A DNA stretch of 62,992 bases, counting the filler, from Chiloscyllium plagiosum (taxonomy: Eukaryota), in assembly GCF_004010195.1 (NCBI RefSeq). It is 3 parts of one record of this genome, joined end to end, with 100 filler letters (N's around TTAATTAATTAA, not from the genome) between each part and the next. Parts side by side here need not be neighbours in the genome. Positions count along the whole stretch, not along the records: positions 1 to 31,297 come from NC_057712.1; 2 more parts are not named here. One strand, given 5' to 3'. Made by a program: the position numbers and the translations under genes. Position 1 is the first letter of the stretch, and every line of letters starts with the position of its first letter. Under the pieces are notes generated by a model. The model did not search any database and had not been told where the DNA came from. It saw only the letters and a list, made by a program, of their open reading frames with translations. Shown here piece by piece: positions 1 through 12,160 of this stretch.

Positions 1-959
1 GCCTTGCTGATCTTTGAGGGGCCCTATTCCCTCCCTAGTTACCCTTTTGTCCTTAATATATTTGTAAAAACCTTTTGTATTCTCCTTAATTCTATTTGCC
101 AAAGCTATCTCATGACCCCGTTTAGCCCTCCTGATTTCCCTCTTAAGTATACTCCTACTTCCTTTATACTCTTCTAAGGATTTACTTGATCTATCCTGTC
201 TATACCTGACATATGCTTCCTTCTTTTTCTTAACCAAACCCTCAATTTGTTTAGTCATCCAGCATTCCCTACACCTACCAGCCTTCCCTTTCACCCTGAC
301 AGGAATATACTTTCTCTGGATTCCTGTTGGCTTCCCATTTTCCAGCCATCCCTTTACCTGCAAACATCTGCCTCCAATCAGCTTTCGAAAGTTCTTGCTT
401 CATACCGTCAAAATTGGCCTTTCTCCAATTTAGAACTTCAACTTTTAGATCTGGTCTATCCTTTTCTCCAATTTAGAACTTCAACTTTTAGATCTGGTCT
501 ATCCTTTTCCATCACTATTTTAAAACGCTGGCTCCAAAATCCTCCCCCACTGACACCTCAGTCACCTGCCCTGCCTTATTTCTCAAGAGTAGGTCAAGTT
601 TTGCACCTTCTCTAGGAGGTACATCTACATACTGAATCAGAAAATTGTCTTGTATGCACTTAACAAATTCCTCTCCATTTAAACCTTTAACACTATGGCA
701 GTCCCAGTCAATGTTTGGAAAGTTAAAATCCCCTACCATAACTACCCTATTATTCTTACAGATAACTGAGATCTCCTTACAAGTTTGTTTCTCAATTTCC
801 CTCTGACTATTAGCGGGTCTATAATACATTCCCAGTAAGGTGATCTCCCCTTTCTTATTTCTCAGTTCCACCAAAATAACTTCCCTGGATGTATTTCCGG
901 GAATATCCTCCCTCAACATAGCTGTAATGCTATCCCTTATCAAAAATGCCACTCCCCCT
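1..959 (-). mobile_element. CR1 LINE fragment (ORF2 AP-endonuclease and linker), decayed
   Basis: ORF 515-979(-) reads GGVAFLIRD...LGMYYRP...VMVGDFNFPNIDWD...AKLDLLL, which are APE-like endonuclease motifs. It is near-identical to copies at 16795-17368 and 47711+. Confidence 0.92.
421..506. repeat. 43-bp perfect tandem duplication inside the CR1 fragment
   Basis: ttctccaatttagaacttcaacttttagatctggtctatcctt occurs at 421-463 and 464-506. The sibling CR1 near 17083 has a single copy. Confidence 0.9.
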
Positions 960-3900
960 GGTTCAGGTTTGTTGGACATTGAGACCGGTTCTGGGGAAGG
1001 TGTGACTTTTACAAAATGGACGGTCTATATCTGAACCAGACTGGAACCAATGTCCTTGGGAGAGATTTTCCTACTGCTGTTGGGGCTGGGGCAGGGGCTG
1101 GGATCCAGAAGAGAAAACAAGTAGGCAGTGAGGTGGGGACTGAAGACTGTAAGAATTATGAAAGTGGTATTAATAAAGGGAAGAGTAGGCAGAGAACAGA
1201 TGAGCGCAAAAAAACTGGTGGCACAAAATGCATCTACTTTAATGTAAGGAGTATAGTGTGTAAGGCAGATGAACTTAGGGCTTGGATTGGTGCCTGGGAG
1301 TATGATGTTATTGCAATCACAGAGACTTGGTTGAAGGAAGGGCATGATGATTGGCAACTGAATGTTCCAGGATATAGATGCTTCAGACAGGACAGGGAGG
1401 GAAGTAAAAGCGGGGGGGCGGGGGGCGGGTGGAGTTGCATTGCTAGTCAGGGATGATATCACGGCTGTGCTAAAGGAGCACACTATGGAGGTCTTGGGTA
1501 GTGAGGCATTATGGGTGGAGCTGAGAAATAAGAAGGGTGCACTCACACTGTTGGGGCTGTATTACAGGCCTCCCAACAGTGAGCGTGAGGTAGAAGAACA
1601 AATAGATAAAAAATTATGGAAAGATGTAGAGACAATAGGGTAGTGGTGATGGGAGATTTTACTTTTTCCCAACATTGACTGGGATACACTTCGTGTCAGA
1701 GGTCTGGATGGGGTAGAATGTGTAAGAAGTGTCCAGGAGAGTTTTCTAGAGTAGTATGTCAATAGTCCGATGAGGGAAGGGGCCATATTGGACCTGGTAC
1801 TGGGGAACGAGCCAGGACAGATGGTAGAATTTGCAGTGGGGGATATCTTTGAGAACAGTGACCACAATTCTGTAAGTTTTACAATACTAGTAGAGAGTAG
1901 TCCTAAAGGTAAGAGTACTAAACTGGGCCAAGGCCAATTATGTCAAAATTAGGCAGGAGCTCAGAAATATAGATTGGACACAGCCATTTGAAGGGAAGTC
2001 CACATTTGAGATGTGGGAGGCTTTCAAAGATAGGTTAAAGATAGTGTAGGATAGGCATGTCCTGTTGAAGGCAAAGGATAGGAAGGGCAAGATTCGTAAA
2101 CGGTGGAGAAATTGTATGACTAGCTAAGAGGAAAAGGGAAGCATATATAAGGTCTAGGCAGCTAAGAACAGAACGGGCCCTGGAGGAATATCAGAAGAGT
2201 AGGACAAGTCTTAAATGAGGAATCAAGCAGGCTAAAAGGGGTCATGAAATAGCTTTAGCAAGCAGAATTAAGGAGAATCCAAAAGCATTTTATTCTTATA
2301 TAAGAAGCAAACGGGTAACTAGAGAACGGGTTGGTCCACTAAAAGATAGTGAAGGAAGGCTGTGTGTCGAACCTGAGAAAATGGGTGAGATTCTGAATGA
2401 TTACTTTGCATCAATGTTCACTGAGGAGAGGAACATGATGAATGTTGAGATTAGAGATAGAAGTTTGATTAGTCTGGATCACGTTGACATAAGTAGGGAA
2501 GATGTGTTGGGTAGGTTAGAGGTTATTAAGGTGGATAAATCTCCAGGACCGCATGGGATCTATCCCAGGTTGCTGAGGGAGGCGAGAGAGGAAATAGCTG
2601 GGGCCCTGACAGATATCTTTGTGATATCCTTAAATACAGGGGAAGTGCCAGATGACTGGAGGGTTGCTCATGTTGACCCCATGTACAAGAAGGGTAGTAG
2701 GGAGTCTGGGTAATTCCAGACTAGTGAGCCTGATGTCAGTGGTGGGAAAGCTGCTGGAGAAAATACTGAGGGATAAGATCTATTTATATTTAGAAAAGAA
2801 TGGGCTTATCAGTGATACGTAACATGGTTTTGTCAGGGGAGACTGTGTCTTACCAACGTAATAGAGTTCTTCGAGGAAGTGACCAAGTTGATAGATGAAG
2901 GAAGGGCTGTTGATGTCATATACATGGACTTTAGTAAGATGTTTGATAAGGTTCCCCATGATAGACTAATGGAGAAAGTGAAGTCATATGGTGTGCAGGG
3001 TGTTCTAGCTAGGTGGATAAAGAACTGGTTGAGCAGCAGGAGACAGAGAGTAGTAGTTGAAGGGAGTTTCTTGAAATGGAGAAAGGTGACCAGTGGTGTT
3101 CCACAGGGGTCAGTGCTGGGGCCACTGTTGTTTGTGATATACATAAATGATCTGGGAGAGGGCACTGTTGGTATGATCAGCAAGTTTGCAGATGACTCGA
3201 AGATTGGTAGAGTAGCAGAAAGCATAGGGGACTGTCAAAGAATACAGGATATAGATAGACTTGAGAGTTGGGCGGAAAAGTGGCATATGGATTTCAATCC
3301 AGACAAATGTGAGGTGATGCATTTTGGCGAGACTAATTCTAGAGTGAATTATACAATGAATGGAAGAGCCTTGGGAAAAGTTGATGGGCAGAGAGATCTG
3401 GGAGTGCAGGTCCATTGTACCCTGAAGGTTGCTGCACAGGTGGATAGAATGGTCATGAAGGCATATAGAATGCTTGCCTTCATTGGACCGGGTATTGAGT
3501 ATAAGAGCTGGCAGGTCATGTTAACATTGTACAAAACATTGGTTCAGCCGCATTTAGAATACTGTATACATTTCTGGTTGCCACATTACCAAAAGGATGT
3601 GGACGCTTTGGAGAGGGTGCAGAGAAGGCTTACAAGGATGTTGCCTGGCATGGAAGGTGCTAGCTATGAAGAGAGGTTGAGTAGGTTAGGTTTATTTTCA
3701 TTAGAAAAAAGGAGATTGAGGGGGGACCTGATTGAGGTTTATAAAATCATGAAGGGTATGGACAGGGTGAATAGAGACAAGCTTTTTTCCCAGGGTGAAG
3801 GATTCAATGACGAGTGGTCACGATTTCAAGGTGAGAGGTGGAAAGTTTATGGGGGATACACGTGGCAAGTACTTCACACAGAGGGTGGTAGATGCCTGGA

Positions 3901-4110
3901 GTGCGTTGCCAGCAGAGGTGGTAGAGGCAGGCACGGTAGATTCATTTAAGATGCGTCTGGATAAATGCATGAGTAGGTGGGGAGCAGAGGGATACAGATG
4001 CTTAGGAATTGACCAACAGGTTTAGACAGTACATTTGGATTAGCTCAGGCTTGGAGGGCCCATGGGCCTGTTCCTGGTCTGTAAATTTTCTTTGTTCTTT
4101 CTTTGTTTTA
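959..4110 (+). mobile_element. Near-complete CR1 LINE: C-terminus of ORF1 (SGNH esterase-like), disrupted ORF2 (EN+RT) and 3' UTR/tail
   Basis: The ORF1 end reads DGLYLNQTGTNVLG. EN motifs are YFNVRSI...IAITETWL and SDHN. RT motifs are YMDFSKMFDKVPH, GVPQGSVLGPLLF and KFADD (ORF 2879-3949). There are several stops and frameshifts and a T-rich tail at about 4080-4110. Confidence 0.95.
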
Positions 4111-4123
4111 TGAGCCCCCAAAC

Positions 4124-4661
4124 TGTTATGACACCGGGTAAACACTTCTGCTAATTTAAACCATGCACACAGAAAACCCCCCTGATTAGGTTTAACAACA
4201 AAAAAATCAAATTTCAAAACCAGTCAGTTGTCACTTTTCCCTTGGTATCTTCATCTGTACTTTCCTGTTTTCTTCGGTCTTCTGCTTCATAAATTTCATA
4301 TGAAAAAGTACCTTTCAGAGAGAGGTTCTACAGGTTGAATTTTGTTGATGCTCTTTACCATTCTGGCTAACTGTTCAAAATCCCCCGTTTTATATACTCT
4401 ACAACATCAGACCATCTCATTGGTCAATATCATCAAAACATTAAAATCCAAATTCGATTGGATTTTGGTATTTTGGGGCATAATTTAAACTGATCGGCTG
4501 AACTCTAGTTTGTTGTGTACCGTGGCAACTCATCTCCAGCTATCTGTTTCAAACTAAATGTTACATTTTACATTTTCTTCTGCACACTCTGCACCTCTCT
4601 AGGTCCGTACCAGCTTCCACCCTCTCTTAAACATACACTACACACCTACACCTTCATAACA
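4124..4661 (-). mobile_element. Gypsy (Gmr1-like) LTR with adjacent PBS remnant
   Basis: Termini are TGTTATGA...TCATAACA, and the sequence resembles the LTRs at 39396-41025 and 47490-49595. The minus strand continues GTTTGGGGGCTC (4112-4123), matching the start of a tRNA-Pro-type PBS. Confidence 0.8.
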
Positions 4662-4864
4662 TGGTGTTGCACTTGATAAAATAACATTATATTTCTGCTG
4701 TTACTTCTGTGTGCAGTTGGTGTAAATGGACATCCTTCTGAAATGTGAATCTACCAACCCAGATGGTGAGAGGTAACAGTTGGAACTTAATGTGGCTAAC
4801 AGGAGGGCTCGCCCACTGCCTGGCCACAGTGCAACATGCCTCTTATCAGAAAGGACACCATATT

Positions 4865-5050
4865 ATTTGGAGGCTAGTACAATTACAGCATTTGAATGGC
4901 AGCTGGATGGGTATATGAATGGGATGGGTTTAGAGGGATATAGGCCAAATGCTGGCAATGGGACTAGATTAGGTTAGGATATCTGGGTGGCATGGATGAG
5001 TTGGACAAAAGGGTCTGTTTCTGTGCTGTACATCTCTATGACTCTATGAC
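4865..5050 (+). mobile_element. CR1 3' end fragment
   Basis: Reads EASTITAF...LDGYMNGMGLEGY, followed by a 3' UTR and a (tctatgac)2 octamer tail. Confidence 0.85.
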
Positions 5051-5261
5051 ACACTGCCAAACCATGCTGCATGTTCCATGGCAAAGCCTTGACCAACAGC
5101 TGTCAATGTACTTGATCTGAGGTTATTTAGGTAGTTAGGATTGACAGTTAATGATTCAGCAGCATCTCCATGCTAATTCTAGTCCAACTAATCAGCACCT
5201 TCTCCTTATTGTGGACAAATCGGTGTTCCCTTTTAAATTTTGTTCTTTTATATTCTTTCAA

Positions 5262-5387
5262 TCCTTGGATAAGCACATGCATGATGATGGGATAGTGTAG
5301 GGGGATGGGCTTAGATTGGTTCACAGGTTGGCGCAACATCAAGTGCTAAAGGGCCTGCTCTGTGCTGTATTGTTCTATGTTCTATGT
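5262..5387 (+). mobile_element. CR1 3' end fragment (second subfamily)
   Basis: Matches the 3' UTR at about 35085-35207 and ends in tgttctatgttctatg. Confidence 0.75.
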
Positions 5388-6369
5388 CCCAGTTTCTGAT
5401 AAATGCAAATCAGAGAAGTCCATTTAAAAAAGTACCACTACCTATTTAAAGAAGAAAAACTGACAACTCTCAGATGCATTTGAACAAGAGTGTGACTATT
5501 GAAGAATACCAATTATGATATTGGTGTCCATCTACTCCTTCAGTTACAACCTACAGACCATCAGCTCAAACCAACATACTTCCACTACATAGCACCTAGA
5601 GCTCTAATCACTCACATTTGGATTAGATCAGACATAATTTGGAATGGATTAGGAATAATTGTCACATCAAGTTACAGACAGGCCAGAATTTCTTCAGTTC
5701 AAATAACCAAGAAATCAGGAATTCTGTACATCAACCCAATTCCATTCCACTCATCAGCTGCTTGATCATATACAGTCCAACTGTGTGTAACAAATGGGTC
5801 ATTATGACCCAAAGCTGAGGTTAAATCTGATCTCAAATTCCACTGCCAAGATTGCCCATTTCTGCAACTGCTTCCATTTCCACCATGACATCACACCTGC
5901 TGCTTTCAAATTCTCTGTCACAACTTCCTTAGTTCCTGACTGAATTTTATCAAACAACTTAATTATCTCCATAACAATTGATTCTGAACCCTACCTCCTA
6001 CATCCCATCCTATCCCTCACATTTTACTACCCAGTTCTCACTGATGCTTCGGGATTTCCATCCCAGTATACTGATGTTAAGATGTTCATATTCATTAACA
6101 AACCTCAGTATGACCATATCAGTACAAACCTCCTCCAATACAATGTCTCAGGTTACGTTCTCTGAAAAACCTGGACTTTTCTCTCTGTTCCTTTATCACA
6201 GTCTCTAACTGCAAAGCCTTACACTTTAGAAACTTCCCAGCTTCAATAACCTTCCAAAAACTCAACACTTCTCCTAATTTCTGAATTGTACCCAATTATC
6301 TTCCATTGTGAAGCTAAAAGGTGCATTAATATACTTGATGGTCTCACAATAGTTTTGTAAATCTTACTC

Positions 6370-6492
6370 TACCTGATGAAGGAGCAGTGCTCTGAAAACC
6401 TGAGATTTCAAATAAACTTGTTGGGCTATAACCTGGTGTCATGTGACTTCTGACCTTGTCCACCCCAGTCCAACACTGGCAACTCCACATCA
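6370..6492 (+). mobile_element. Penelope-like 3' terminal fragment with hammerhead-like core (family B)
   Basis: Contains CTGATGAaGGAGCagtGCTCtGAAA. Homologous to the terminus of the GIY-YIG-bearing element at 61929-62690. Confidence 0.7.
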
Positions 6493-6600
6493 TTCCTAAA
6501 TCTTGCCATGCTCACCAGTATAAAGTAGTAACTGTAATGGAAAGACCATAAATAAAGTAATGCGTTATGCTCACACATAGGGAACTCTGGGTAACTTGCT

Positions 6601-6726
6601 ATGATTTGAAGATGCCGGCATTGGACTGGGATGTACAAAGTTAAAAATCACACAACACCAGGTTATAGTCCAACAGGTTTATTTGGAAGCACTAGCTTTC
6701 AGAGTGCTGCTCCTTCATCAGGTGTT
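6601..6726 (-). mobile_element. Penelope-like 3' terminal fragment (family B), opposite orientation
   Basis: The minus strand reads cacCTGATGAaGGAGcagcaCTCTGAAAGCTAgtg. It is close to 61929-62055. Confidence 0.75.
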
Positions 6727-7302
6727 GTGAATAATTTGCTGAAATCTTCACTTCATGATTTAGATCCACAAATAAAGTGAGATCAAAATTATGCAACTTT
6801 GCATTATGCCCTGCACCTCATTAAACAGTTAACACAAATATCAAATATACTAGATAACCTGGTACAATACATTGCTACACAAGGGATAAATATGATCTTT
6901 GAACATCTAAACATAAGGATTAATTTAGCTGATAATTTAACAATTTTATTTCTCCAGTAACTCTCACCGGTGATAAAACGAGTTCTGATGAACTTGAATC
7001 TACAACAAGAAATTTCACTCATCAATAATTAATTACAAAAGAAAGGAGCAGGGTAGGAAGACAATGTCTAACTATACTTCAGTCTTTTGATTTGAAGAAA
7101 CTGGGGGCAATCTTCAACCTGAAAAACACCAAGCAGCAGTTGAAAATTGGAGACAAGTTGCCAGTTGATTAATGTGTATAGTTTATGTGTTGTATTTCCA
7201 AGTGGGTCTATAAATTGAGGAGCACTGTGCCTGCCTGATTTAGCCATTATGCAGTTTCAATATGTAATTCTCAACTAAAGGCTCCCATTTATACATTCTA
7301 CA

Positions 7303-8800
7303 GCCCTTCCTGAACAAGGGCACAACATTTGCAATCGTCCAGTCCTCTGGCACCAAACCTGTAGACAATGATGACTCAAGTATCAAAGCCAAAGGCTTGC
7401 TAGCTCCTCCCTAGCTTTCCAGAGAATCCTCGGATAAATCCCATCCGGCCCAGGGGACTTGTCTACTTTCACTCCTTCCAGAATTGATAACATCTGTTCG
7501 TTACTAACCTTGATCCTTTCTAGTCTAATATCTTGTACCTCATTCTTCTCCTCTACAATATTCTCCTTTCCCTGAGTGAACACCGATGAGAAATGTTCGT
7601 TTAGCACTTCTCCAATCTCCACAGGGTTCATACTCAACTTCCCACTTCTGTCTTTGACTGGCCCTATTCCTACCCTAATTATCCTTTTATTCCTCANNNN
7701 NNNNNNNNNNNNNNNNNNNNNNNNNNNNNNNNNNNNNNNNNNNNNNNNNNNNNNNNNNNNNNNNNNNNNNNNNNNNNNNCTAATCGCATTATAATTGCCC
7801 TTGCCCCATCGATAACTCTTGACCTGTGGCATGTACCTATCCCTTTCCATCGCTCAATTAAACCTAACTGAATGATGGTCACTTTCTCCAAAGTGCTCAC
7901 CTACAACTAAATCAAACACCTGGCCTGGTTCATTACCAAGCACCAGACCCAGTGTGGCCTCCCCTCTTGTCGGCCCTTCGACATACTGTGTCAGGAAACC
8001 CTCGTACACGCATTGGACAAAAACTGATCCATCCAACATACTAGAGTTATAGCATTTCCAGATTCTGGATCAGTGGTGCTGGAAGAGCACAGCAATTCAG
8101 GCAGCATCCGAGGACAGGCAAAATCGACGTTTCGGGCAAAAGCCCTTCATCAGGAATAAGGGCTTTTGCCCGAAACGTCGATTTTGCCTGTCCTCGGATG
8201 CTGCCTGAATTGCTGTGCTCTTCCAGCACCACTGATCCAGAATCTGGTTTCCAGCATCTGCAGTCATTGTTTTTACCTTATACCATTTCCAGTCAATGTT
8301 GGGGAAGTCAATGACCACCCTGTTCCTTTCACTCCTACCCAGAATAATTTTGCTAATCTTCTCTTCCACCTCCCTGGAACTCTGCGGAGGCCAATAAAAA
8401 ACTCCAAGCAGTGTGACCTCTCCTCTCCTGGTTCTAACCTCAGCCCACACTACCTCAGTAGATGAGTCCTCATCAAAAGTTCTCAGCCTCCGTTATACTA
8501 TCCTTGGCTAACAAGGCCACACCTTCCCCCTCTTTTACCAACCTCCCTGATCTTAATGAAAGATCTAAACCCTGGAACCTGCAACATCCATTCCTCACCC
8601 TGCTCTATCCATGTCTCCAAAATGGCCACAACATCGAAGTCCCAGGTACCTATCCATGCTGCAAGCTCACCTTCCTTATTTCGGATACTTCTGGTGTTGA
8701 AGTAGACATACTTCAAACTAGCTTGCTGTCTGCCATCACATTCCTGTGATCCTGAAATCCTGTCCTGTCCTTCCTACTCTCATCCTCCTGAGCACTGCAA
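7303..8800 (-). mobile_element. CR1 fragment (EN domain to pre-RT), with an N gap and a Penelope-derived insertion
   Basis: Reads YFNTRSIRNKEGELAAWIGTWDFDVVAILETW, GVFYWPP, EHFGESDH and DKSPGPDGIYPRIL. Confidence 0.9.
8058..8277. mobile_element. Palindromic Penelope-derived mini-element (family A)
   Basis: Perfect 90-bp inverted arms at 8058-8147 and 8158-8247, a 10-nt spacer, and a 30-nt tail at 8248-8277. The flanking duplication is ttatagcatttccag (8047-8061) / ttataccatttccag (8278-8292). Confidence 0.9.
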
Positions 8801-9019
8801 CTACAATGATGATTCTCTCTACGTGAAAGCAGACTTGTAAATCATTCATTCATGCCATTAATTACAAAATAATGTTACATTAAGGAGATACTTGCAATTT
8901 AACCATCTCTTTATACCTCTTCGATATTGCTTGTCAAAATTCCTGGGAACTAAACGTGCAAGGGAACTAGAATCACGAGGCACAATTAATCCATATACTG
9001 CGGTTGTGATCCAGACAGT

Positions 9020-9314
9020 AGAATCATAGAGTCATAGAGATGCACAGCATGGAAACAGACTCTTCAGTCCAACCCATCCGTGCCAACGAAATATCCCAAC
9101 CCAATCTAGTCCCACCTGCCAGCATCCGGCCCATATCCCTCCAAATCCTTCCTATTCAAATACCATCCAAATGCCTCTTAAATGTTGCAATTGTACCAGC
9201 CTCCACCATATCCTCTGGCAGCTTAATCCATACACGTACCACCCTCTGTGTGAAAAAGTTGCCCCTTAGGTCTCTTTTATATCTTTCCCCTCTCAACTTA
9301 GTCCTCTAGTTCTG
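9020..9314 (-). mobile_element. CR1 3' end fragment
   Basis: Has a catagagtcataga tail and the reverse complement of KRDLRGNFFTQRVVRVW. Confidence 0.9.
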
Positions 9315-9575
9315 GTGTAACTATGGTAGATGGACTGTTCCACATAGCCGACAAAGAGACAGGCACAGCTGGGGTCCACACGGGATAGCCATGGGCACCC
9401 GCATGGACCCCAGCCACGCCCGCCTCCCCGTCGGCCACGCAGGACAGTCTATCTTCCGTAGCTACACCAGCACCACTCCCCACCTCTTCCTCCGCTACAT
9501 TGATGACAGCATCGGCACCACCTCGTGCTCCCACGAAGAGGTTGAGCAGTTCATCAACTTCTCCAACTCATTCCA
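9310..9575. mobile_element. Penelope-like RT fragments, head-to-head
   Basis: The plus strand reads AMGTRMDPS...LFLRYIDD...EQFINFSNSFH (PLE RT motifs). The segment 9310-9380 is a diverged minus-strand copy of the same motif (CACLFVGYVEQSIY). Confidence 0.8.
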
Positions 9576-10011
9576 CCTCCAACCTTATTCTGGCTTCAAT
9601 GTTCAAACCAACACAAAATGTGCTGTTCGTTGACCGGGCTTGTCAGTGAAGAGCCAATATTGTGACCATCTAAGTTTACCTGTCACTGATTGGAAGGCAA
9701 ATGGATGCCAGGAGTTGTTCAAGACAGGTTAATCAGGAATCCTCATATCAAGTGCTTCTTCTCACATCCTATCTCTTCAACAGAACACCCGGTCTTCTGT
9801 TTTACAACCGACAGGTAGCATCAGCTCATAGCTCTTTCTCCCCTATCTTGCCATACATATATCTTTCTTTCAGATCTCCAAAGTACACTTTGACCTGAAA
9901 ATAGAAGGTCAGGTGACAGTGAAGATGATCATTTGATTTTGCAATTTCCCTATCTAAGGCATTGACATCATCTAGAAGATTCCAGAGAGGTAGGATTTGC
10001 ACATGAGGAGA

Positions 10012-10360
10012 GGAGGTGACAGGCCTCTGGTATTATCATTGGACTGTTTAACCAAAGTCCCAGGTAATGGTCTGGGAACCTGAGTTTGAATCCCACCATG
10101 GCAGATGGTGGAATTTGAGTTCAATAAAAATCTGGAATTAGGAGTCTAATGATGACCAAAAATACATTGTCAATTGGCAGAAAAGTCCATCTGGTTCACT
10201 AATGTTCTTTCGGAAGACAACTGCCATTCTTATATGCCAGTCTACATATGACTCCAGACCCTCAGCAGTACGGTTGACTCTTAATTGCCCTTTTGGCAAT
10301 TAGGTATGTGCAGTAAATGCTGACCTAGCCAATGATATGCTCATCCTGTGACTGAATAAC
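10012..10360 (+). mobile_element. tRNA-headed Deu-type SINE
   Basis: B-box-like gagtttgaatccc, a central ctggttcactaatg...tgactccagacc Deu-like domain, and a 3' ggcaattagg...aaatgctg tail. Homologous to 13267-13510 and 26487-26745. Confidence 0.7.
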
Positions 10361-12054
10361 CAAAACCGACATTGAAGACTGGTGACCTGCTCCAGGACAG
10401 AGAACAGGTTCCCATAGGGTACCAGCTCCTTAGAAGACCAGATTTCTCAGATTCTGCTGCAGAGCACACAGATAAAGTGCATTGAGAAAGGGCAGTCTAC
10501 AGGTTCATTTGCAATCATTAGTACACTTGTTGCATTGTGAAGCTCTATTTAATGTCAAAAATTCCAACAAAATCCTAGCATTGGTCCATGTGCAAAGCTA
10601 GGGGTGCATTCCTTCCAACCTGGAAGTGCTGGCCAACTCCATTCTCACATACGTGGTCTCAACTACCATGCAGCACCTGAGAACCAATGTTACAGTTTTT
10701 ATTACATCCCCAGCAGTCCGTATGCTGTAAAGAAAACTACAGAGATGCCAATCACATGAGTTGAGCTTGAGCTACCTTCAAGGCTGTGGATCACAGTTTT
10801 CAAAGCAATATGGCAGTGTAGCAACTGGCCCTCCAACCAATCATTCAGATCGGTGAGGAACCAGCTGAAGGAAATGGCTATGGTTCCACAAAGGATGAAC
10901 TTGCTGTCATCTCTTAGAAGACAGCAGTTTCCCACCCCTGTCATTATGCCAGTGGCCAATCAACCATCCAGGACCGGTGCCTGGCCCATATTGAAATGGT
11001 ATAGTCTGAAGTTTGACCTTTAAGGCAGCTCTAGATCATCCTCCAAGATTTTCACCAATGAAATGCAGCAGTTCCAGAAATGATGTTGCAACCTCTAAAA
11101 GCACTATGATAAGCATGAGGGAATATTCAAGGATAGATTCTTCTCAAATTGCACACAAAAGTTATATGCATATCAATTCATTGCCAGTTTCCACTTCACA
11201 TTAGATTGAAATACATCACTTGTTTTGCTTTTAAGTTGCAGTTCTGATGGCAGGGTAAAAAGATGACTTGCACTTGCTATTCGCAACCAGGGCAGCATAT
11301 TTAAGTGAGAACATTCTTCCGGAAGCAAAGACAAACTCTCACATTTGTTCCTCACTTAAGTTCAATTCAGCAAATATAGCTTCATATTGAGAAACCTTCA
11401 CATCATCTTCCTCCTCCTACTTTCAGCAGTCTGCCTTCCTGTTTGTTTTCCAAGACATGTTGTATTCAAACAGAATGCCTATGACTCTTATACCAATGTC
11501 TAGAAGGAATAGCTTTGTGCAGAACCACAGATCAAAATAACTGCCTCAAGTGTTTGCTGTATCACTCACTGTAGGCTTCAGCAATTTTATAAAATCATTC
11601 AAAGCACCTAATATTTCTAATATTGAAGCCACAGCCAGAATCTCACAGTTATAAATTAAATTATTTGAGATTGATGACTTGAATGTAAAGATTGAAAAAG
11701 GCAGATCTGGTGTCATATAAGCATTCTAAGCTGAATGGGGTCTTGATCTAACCCTGCACATTCCTGGCTGCATGTCCTGTGTGTCAAAGCCAGAACCAAT
11801 ATGGAGCCTGGCCTAAGTCACTCCAAAAGTGTGTAAGTCCATTGCTGCTGCTGCTGTCATCACTTTGGGGTAACAAGGGCATCAGTAACACCCAAAAAAA
11901 AAGTCATTGATCATAATGTCTTTCTTTGCCTCTCAGATTTCAAATTTTGCAACGATTCATTGTTACCCCATTCAATGGAGCTGGAAACTACTGCACGGGG
12001 AAAGCAATGGGAATGGCATGGGTTAAAATCTGAAAGAACCATGGATGATGTAAA

Positions 12055-12160
12055 TCAGAAACAGAAACAGAAGTTGCTGGAAAAGCTCAGGGGCCCGACA
12101 GCATTGGTGAAGAGAAATCAGAGTGACCACTTTGGGTTCAGTGACTCTTCCTCAGAACTC
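12055..12160 (-). mobile_element. Penelope-like terminal fragment (family D)
   Basis: aacagaagttgctggaaaagctcag matches 60550-60610. There is a decayed CTGAGGA core on the minus strand. Confidence 0.6.

Noticed and set aside
8058..8277. Palindromes read as MITEs or pre-miRNA genes
   Set aside because: The asymmetric tail, long TSDs and identity with the terminus of GIY-YIG-coding copies indicate Penelope retrotransposition.
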